DNA of 64,000 nt from the human T2T-CHM13v2.0 reference genome, Homo sapiens: NCBI RefSeq assembly GCF_009914755.1, contig NC_060925.1, one strand, 5' to 3'. Of this stretch, positions 49,833 to 64,000 are shown piece by piece; position 1 is the first letter of the stretch, and each line of letters begins with the position of its first letter. The notes under the pieces were generated by a model. The model ran no database searches. It was not told the origin of the DNA and saw only the letters and a program-made list of their open reading frames with translations. The translations under genes and the position numbers were made by a program.

Positions 49833-51824
49833 CTGCAAGAGAGCACTGGTGCATTGGTGCACTCCTTGGAGTGCACATGGCCAGCAAGCTCAGAGGCTGG
49901 GCCAGACATCCCACTCTGCAGTGCACAGCCTCTCCTCCTCCCCAGGTCACCTAACGTCTTCTAGCAAGCACACAGAGGAGAACCACAGAAGTCTCTGGCC
50001 TTGGCCTGCCTCTGCCTTCCACATCTGCCCAGAGAGGCCTTTGTCCTCCCACCTCCCCCAGCCTCCCTCCATTCCAGGAGCACTGCAGTCTCACCTGCTG
50101 CCTTATCTGGGCAGTGCCACCTTTCCTGGTTCACCGGCAGACCTACTAATCAAACCGTCGGTACCCAGCAGAGTGTCCCATACCAAGACAGTTGTGACAT
50201 GTTGAGCTAACACACATGTCTTAATCACCTATTGGTGCCAGACAAGGTTCTTGAAACAGAAATATACAGATTATTGTGACCGCCTTCAAAAACTAGACGT
50301 TTTAGAGATGTTTTACTGTGGATTAGCCACTGCCAGCCTGTCCTTATCCCCCATTGCTCCCATTCAGTACCAGGGGTCCTGGGAGCAGTAGCCAATGGCA
50401 GCAGTGACATTGTTAGCAACCCCATCTCCCACAGACCAGCCCTGTGGTTACAAAGCACATCCAAGGATGCTATCAGAATTGTGGCTTAAAACAACTTCAT
50501 GAGTTAAGCAAAGCAACTATGCTGTCTATAGAGAAGGGAAACCAAGTCTTAGGGAAGTTAGGTTACTTGTCTAACATAACAGAGGTTTTAAGCGTAGATT
50601 TAGATTCCAATCAGAATCTCTGGCCCCGAAGCCCCTGTTCATAACAACTGTACTCTGCAGCCTCCCCAAAGTTGTCAGATGAACTTGGGTTAGTCACTGC
50701 CACAATGTGACCTGTTTCTCTTCCTACAAGACAAAGTCACTGAGGGTCTCCACCATGATTCTGAGGTTCTGTCCTTCTGTGAAATCAAGAGCAAATACAT
50801 GACCAGGACACCAAGTCCAAGGTGTGCTGGAGAGACTGCTGAGGACAGGAGCCCACCTCAGCAGGCAGAGGGCCTAAGCTGGGCTGTGAAGGGGACACAG
50901 AGGACTGGGGAGGGGGAGGGAGGAGCCCGGAGAGGACACTTTACAAATGAAACCCACAGGACTCTCAGAGTGGAAGAGCAGCCCGCAGGCCAACACTGAC
51001 ACCTGGCAGGGCAGGAACCAGGAGGCAGGGATGAGGACCACACAAAACTCCCTGCTTTGCTTGGGCAAGTTAATTTCCCCATCAGGGCCTCAGCTTCTCC
51101 ATTCATACAATGAAAGGCCTGTGAGTTTCTCTAACACTAACTCCAGGTAATCCCATTAAATTTGCTGTCTGAGTAGCAGAGGACAGAGAGAAAGCTATAT
51201 TACATTTTTCCTTCAGAAGGGGGTCTGTGTATGTAAAACAAACTGAAAAACATGTCATATTTAAGAATCACCAAGCTCACTTTCATTTTAATTCAACAGC
51301 ATTTATTTAATGAACATTGCTATGTGTCTACTCTTATGTATATAACGATAAGAAATCTTCTTAATCTAGAGAAACGGCATTGCTACTCTTGGGGAATTTG
51401 CTTTTATTTACAAATGTAGACCCAAGTGCTGGGTTTAACTATGACTGGTATAATAACGATGGTGACAATAATTAAATCATAGCTACAAATTACCCAGCAC
51501 TAACTACTTGGGCATTGTGCTAAATGGCGCACACTTGTGATCTAATTTAATCCTCAAAAACAACTCTAAGAAATGAGCAATATTATCCTTTCATCATGGG
51601 AGCAAATAAGATTCCAAGAAATTGAATAATTTGTTGAAGACCATAACAAAGGACAGGCAAGGATTTGAAAAAAATCTGTAAACTCTAGAACAGGGCTCCA
51701 AATTGCAAAGCTACACTATCCACTAACAAAGTGAAAGCACTTGGATGGGTTTCTATTATTAAACTTGAGAACGGTCTTCTCTTGCTCATCAAAAGCACTT
51801 CTGATGCAAGTAAATAAAACTTAC

Positions 51825-51879
51825 CCCAAGCCTGGAGACCCAGAATGAAGAAGGCAAGAAGCCATGGCAGCGTCCCCAT
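51825..51879 (-). CDS. PGLYRP3: PGLYRP3 coding exon 1 (signal peptide), 55 nt; whole exon about 51825-51920
   Basis: MGTLPWLLAFFILGLQAW then G|GTAAGT; upstream acceptor CTCTCTTCCAG at 51921-51922. The seven coding exons sum to 1026 nt with consistent phases. Confidence 0.97.
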
Positions 51880-53814
51880 GTGGTCCCAGGACTCTGACCG
51901 GGAGAGTGTGGACGGCAGCCCTGGAAGAGAGGCTAACAGTTAACACAACCATGCTAACTCTGCAAGTGGAGCACCCACCTACTATGTGGCACCACTGTCT
52001 GCCTCCCCTACCATCCTGTGGCTTCCTGAGGGCCAGCACCTGGCTCAGGCTTCTCGGGGCCCCTTAAACACATCAGGTTCCCAATAAATGTGAGGGCACT
52101 AATGGCTATGTCTAGCCACCGACTCCCCACCCACCTCCTGTTGCCCTGGGCAACTCCTGGTTCCTCATAGAAGCGCAGTGCCTGATCTTAGGCCTTTCAG
52201 GGTAGAAAATAACAATTTCTAAAATCCTCGAGGTAGCTGTTATGAAAAAACACTGTGTATGTATTTTCATATCTAGTGGTGCAATTTCATATTTGATTCA
52301 ATTTTTATAGGTAAGAACATTGAGGCTCAGATGGAGTGAACTACAAGCAGAAGCAGGCTTGGCTTCGCCCCCTGCACCATTTGAGAGTCCCAGGTATGTA
52401 AAGTCATTCAATTCAGTCATCTACTCTGCAAAGATCCCTGACAGTTGTTCGACTAACCTCTTCTTTAGTGAGAATCATAATAACAGCTACCACTTACTGA
52501 CTGCATTCTGTGTTCCAAGGTTTTTGCTGAGGACTCCATGGATATTCACTAAGTAGTCTCACAATGACCTATGAGACCCGCACTTATCATCAGAACACTG
52601 GGCCTCAGAGAGTTTGAGTCACTTGTCCTAAGTTTCCCAGATAATAGGGTCAGAGCCAGATTCATACCCAGGTCTGTCTGACTCCAGAGCCTCTGCCTGA
52701 AACTTCACAACCTGTCTGAGTTTCTGATGGACGTTCTCAATGTGGGCCCAAGAGGTTGAACTATAGGATCACTATAGTCTTTTCCAGCTCCAGGAATCTT
52801 TCCTGCTCTTTCAGGTAGAAGTGAATTGCTTACTCATACTCAGTCAGACTGAAACTTTAGCTGTATGAGCTACCACCCAAAACATCAACTTTCCCCCCAA
52901 TTTTCCTACTGAGAAAATATAAAGTGGAGTTTGAAACTAAATGGGATAGATCATTGCCCTCCAGGGTTTTTAAACTGCAATCAGCAGTCCCCAAATGGAA
53001 AATTTTTAAAACCATGTCTTAAGAGTAGAACATGTGGAAGCCTCCTGGGTCAGGACAAGCAACCACTTAGCAGATAACACCCAGGATTCCATTCATTCAG
53101 GAAAACTGCAGTGAAGACAAAATGAGCTAATTACAAATGAGGCAGGCACCTAATAAATATGAGGAAAAATGTTCAGCCTCCCTCGTTAGTTAAATGAGAG
53201 GTAAGGATTCACTTTCCCAAGATTGAAGGCCTGTTAGGAGCTGGCCTCCTGCAAAGCTACTGGAAGCCACTATCAATTCTGGTTTGCACCCTGGTCACTT
53301 AATCATTGTGCTTCCACAACCATGAAACGTCAGTATGGCAAATCCTGCCCCAAGCTGGTCATATCATACATCCAAAATATCAAGGCTTCAGCCCAGTCCC
53401 TGACCTTGCCAGAGACAGAACTGATAATGTCTCCAATCCACACCATGAACTGCAAACACTAAGCTGGTAGGATAAGCTAGAGCCAAGGATTTACCACCTT
53501 GGCTCACATTGCTGTGCATCCTGTATACTGAAAGAAACATTAGACCAGGAGACAAGTGAGACATAATAGATAAGAATTTAGGGCTCTACAGAAAAGGAAG
53601 AAATTGGGTAGAGGTAACCTCAGAACCCACAGCCTTGCCAAGAAAGATCCAGCAGTGGTGAAACCAAACTCATTTAGAAGAATTTAGAATGAAGAAAATT
53701 TTCTTATTTGGAGAAAGAGTTCCAAAAAACGAGATCAGGGGAGCTTTCCCTACCATGTACACATTTTAACCCTATAGACTTCCGTCCCATTGCTGAATGA
53801 AGACTTCTAAAGAA

Positions 53815-53840
53815 ATACACACACACACACACACACACAC
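53815..53840. repeat. (CA)n microsatellite
   Basis: Read directly from the sequence. Confidence 0.95.
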
Positions 53841-53856
53841 TCAAACTCACAGATAC

Positions 53857-54170
53857 CTGTGGGTTCTGTGCTGTTCCAGCCCAGCAGGTCAGGGTGCAGT
53901 CGGCTCGCCCCTGATTGGCCAGCAGCTCCTTCCCTTCCAGACTTGGCCTCCAGGACCTGCCCTTCTTCTCCAGCTGGTGCCTCCTCAGGCCTTCACTCCC
54001 CCTGGCCCTAGAGGGCACTCCCTCCCTGGGAATGGAGCACTTGGGCTCTGGCTTCCCAGAGAGAAGAGGAGAGCCCAGGATCCCTAACAAAAGATGGAAG
54101 AGAAGAGAAAGGCAGAGGGCTGAGGCTCCAAGCCAGCTCTGTTTACAGCACCCAGAGAAACTTAAGTGGG
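53857..54170 (-). other. PGLYRP3: Candidate non-coding first exon/promoter of PGLYRP3
   Basis: The ATG exon has an acceptor, so an upstream exon is expected. Donors CAG|GTATCT (53856) and CT|GTGAGT (53850); GC box GGGCGG at 54201-54206. The 5' limit is uncertain. Confidence 0.45.
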
Positions 54171-55459
54171 AACAGACCCAGGCTGAGAGCACCTGGGGAC
54201 CCGCCCTGTGAATAAGCCCAGGTAGCTCCTCCCTGGGAAAGGGTGTGATTGCCCAACACTCCCTGAGTTCCTTCCTCATCCCCAGCCCTTATGTCTTGTA
54301 GACTGGGGTCCCGGGGGTCCTGTCCCTGACATCTGGGAACTTCCTACCAATGAAGATCTATCTGTTCCAGGTTCCACTGGAGTCACCAGCAGGGGCAGGA
54401 GGAAGGGACAGAAATTGAAAAGCACATTCCCAGGAGGCAGCTAGCAATGTGTCATCACTAGAACTTATTCTGACCCTGTAGCTATCATGCCCATTCATCC
54501 ACCACTTCATCTCAACTTCAAACTCTTCCCTTGAAACAAACCAAGGCTCTCCCCTCCTCACGCATTCCTGACAGTGGCCCTCAATCCTCAACTCTGGTCT
54601 CCAAGAATCCCTGTCTCTTCTCTGAAGAGGTTGATGCATAAGACTTTACAGTCAGGCTCAGCCAAGGGTACCTGAGCTGCAGCCCCCTGGATGGGGAATG
54701 CTCAGGCGAGAGGTCTTGGAAAGTACCATGCACCCTTTAGAAGATACTTGGATACCCACTCTGTTCTATACTCTGATCAGCCCAAACCACACTTCAGGGA
54801 CAAAAGCTGAGGAGACCTCTCCTAGACCCCACAGCCTCACATGGCTGCCAGCATCTGAGGGAGACATGCTGAGTGACCTCCATTTTCCATAGGGTGGGGA
54901 ATCTTGGGTGAGGACCTCAGAGACAGACATCTAGGAAGGGGACCGGGAATTATAGTTGGTGACAATGACAGACACTATGAGTCTGAAATTTTTATTTATG
55001 ATTTTGGATCTTTTGCAATCATGATTAAGTCCTTAAAATGAAAATGGTTTATAAGCTCATCTTTAGAACAGCAAGTTAGGGAGAACTGAGAGACTGTCTC
55101 ACTCTAAGACCAGACATGGAAGAGAAGAAACCCAAGTGATAAAGGGGGCAGTGACAGCCCACAAAAGGAAAGGAAAATGGGTAGGATCCTGCAGTCCCCA
55201 ACTGGAGATCGAAGGACACCAAGGGATTAGCTGTCAGAAAGTCTGAAGCAAGACCACTGTTACCCAAATGGTATTTTCATTAAAATTAGAGAAAGTGTTC
55301 CTTCCACAGGTAAAAGTTATAGCTAATATGTTAATGCTAATGAAAGCAATTAGGATAAACAGCTACTTTGTATAAATTATGTAAATTGAATTATTAAACA
55401 AAATAGCACTTTGAATTTTTAATCACAATAATTAGGAACTCGAAGTCACTCACATATAA

Positions 55460-61785
<6,326 letters not shown>

Positions 61786-61821
61786 GCACTCTCTTGGCAT
61801 ACTCAATATGTTTAGTTGCCT

Positions 61822-62543
<722 letters not shown>

Positions 62544-62699
62544 GTATCTAAGATAATCAGGTAGCCTCCTGGCCATATAAGAGCATGTCAACAGCTTAGA
62601 ATGGAATCTTTGATGTATCTTTCTCATAACCATACAAAGACACAAGAAGAATTAATATGTTAAAATCCTACACCTTTAGCAAAATTAGCAGATTAAAAA

Positions 62700-64000
62700 A
62701 ATCCAATTTTAGTTACAAAGGATGAATATGTTTGGGAGATCCGTAGTACCGCAAGGTGATCATAGTTAATACTAATATATTGTATACTTGAAAATTGCTA
62801 AGAGTAGATCTTAAGTCTTCTCACCACAAAAAAAAACAAGTATGCATGGTGATAGATATGTTAATTAGCTTGATTTAACCATTTCACAATGTATACATGT
62901 ACCAAAACATCATGTAGTGTGCTGTAAATATATATAATTTAAGAAGACAAAAATGGCCACAAACTTTTTGGTATATGAAAGTAAGTGTGGAGAGGGGAGA
63001 GAGCAAGTCAGGAAACTAATACTAGAAGCCATAACAATGAATGGTGAGGTAGTGGAATGGTGAGTGCTATGAGGAAACGTGGAGATGGAAAAAGAGACCA
63101 TTATAATCTGGAATCCACAGCAGATATTCATCACCAGAATGTGAGGGACCACCTAGAGGGGCACTGCTCTGGACAGTTCTAAGAATGAAAAGGGTATTGC
63201 ATGAGAACTGGTGGAGATCAACAGAAATGACTGGGAGTGCAAGGAGAACAAATGTAGTATCACAATATATCCAATAAACTACCAATTGAGTGCAACAGAT
63301 GGAGGAGCCAATGAGCTGAGAAACAGGAGAAGCTATATTAATTTTCTCCCACCTCCAAACACAACTGTCACAGGATACTCCTGTAGCAACTGGACCAGAA
63401 AAAACCAACTCATTCAAATACGAATAATAAAAAGGCAAACTGTCACATCCAAACAAAGCCTCCATTTAAACATATGGCATAAGATCATATTTTATTAACA
63501 AAAAACTCATCATTAAAAAAGGTTCCAATAGGCAGAGGGAAAACATATTTCAACATAATTTTCCTAATTGTCTACCTATAAAAAAATTCACAAAACAGAA
63601 GTAAAAGGCCTCAAAGAAGAATTTAACTCGGCAATAGGAGGATGTGAAAGAGAAGTGACATAATCATCTCAGGAATTAAGACTAAAATACAAGGAGTACA
63701 AAGGGGAGCATGTGCCCCAGAAAACACATGTCAGGTGTCTAGAGAAAAGAAATTTAAAAGTCCAAAGAAACTAAAATTTTTTAAAAAGACAGAGAAAAAA
63801 AAGAATTAGAGAGAGTTTGTACACAATATGATGCACTTATTATCTCAGAACTGTACACTTAATACTTATGATGGTAAACTGTATGTGTATTTCACCACAA
63901 TAAAAAATTGGAGGAAAAAAGAATTAAAGCAAAAGTGATCAATGTAGAAGACAGGCAAAGGAGATCCAACATACATATAATTCATGTACCAAAAGAAGAA
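62700..64000 (+). mobile_element. Old L1M fragments (3' UTR piece at about 62700-62940 plus further A-rich pieces)
   Basis: ATTGTATACTTGAAAATTGCTAAGAGTAGATCTTAAG...TCTCACCAC is a typical L1MA 3' UTR. Confidence 0.6.

Noticed and set aside
63148-63168. CTCF-like motif CCACCTAGAGGGGCAC
   Set aside because: Spacing does not fit the core consensus without a gap, so it cannot be supported from sequence alone.

Overview
This is human-type genomic DNA from the epidermal differentiation complex (1q21.3). It holds the complete loricrin gene (LOR/LORICRIN, + strand: AP-1/TATA promoter, non-coding exon 1, one coding exon, 316-aa long allele) and the complete PGLYRP3 gene (- strand, 7 coding exons summing to 1026 nt = 341 aa). 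Most of the rest is interspersed repeat: old L1M elements, ERV1/MaLR LTRs, L2, about 14 Alus, a young 5'-inverted L1HS-Ta, and a near full-length L1PA upstream of PGLYRP3. Main observations: (1) an intact, in-frame 108-nt exon inside a PGLYRP3 intron that resembles a PGLYRP4 coding exon; (2) four short locally templated duplications between LOR and PGLYRP3, one inverted and later hit by a tail-less internally primed L1, and one with an invariant hairpin core; (3) exon-like unique segments on the + strand converging on PGLYRP3; (4) a PGLYRP3 Ser126 allele at the last base of an exon. Repeat subfamily names and reference comparisons come from recall, not from a search.
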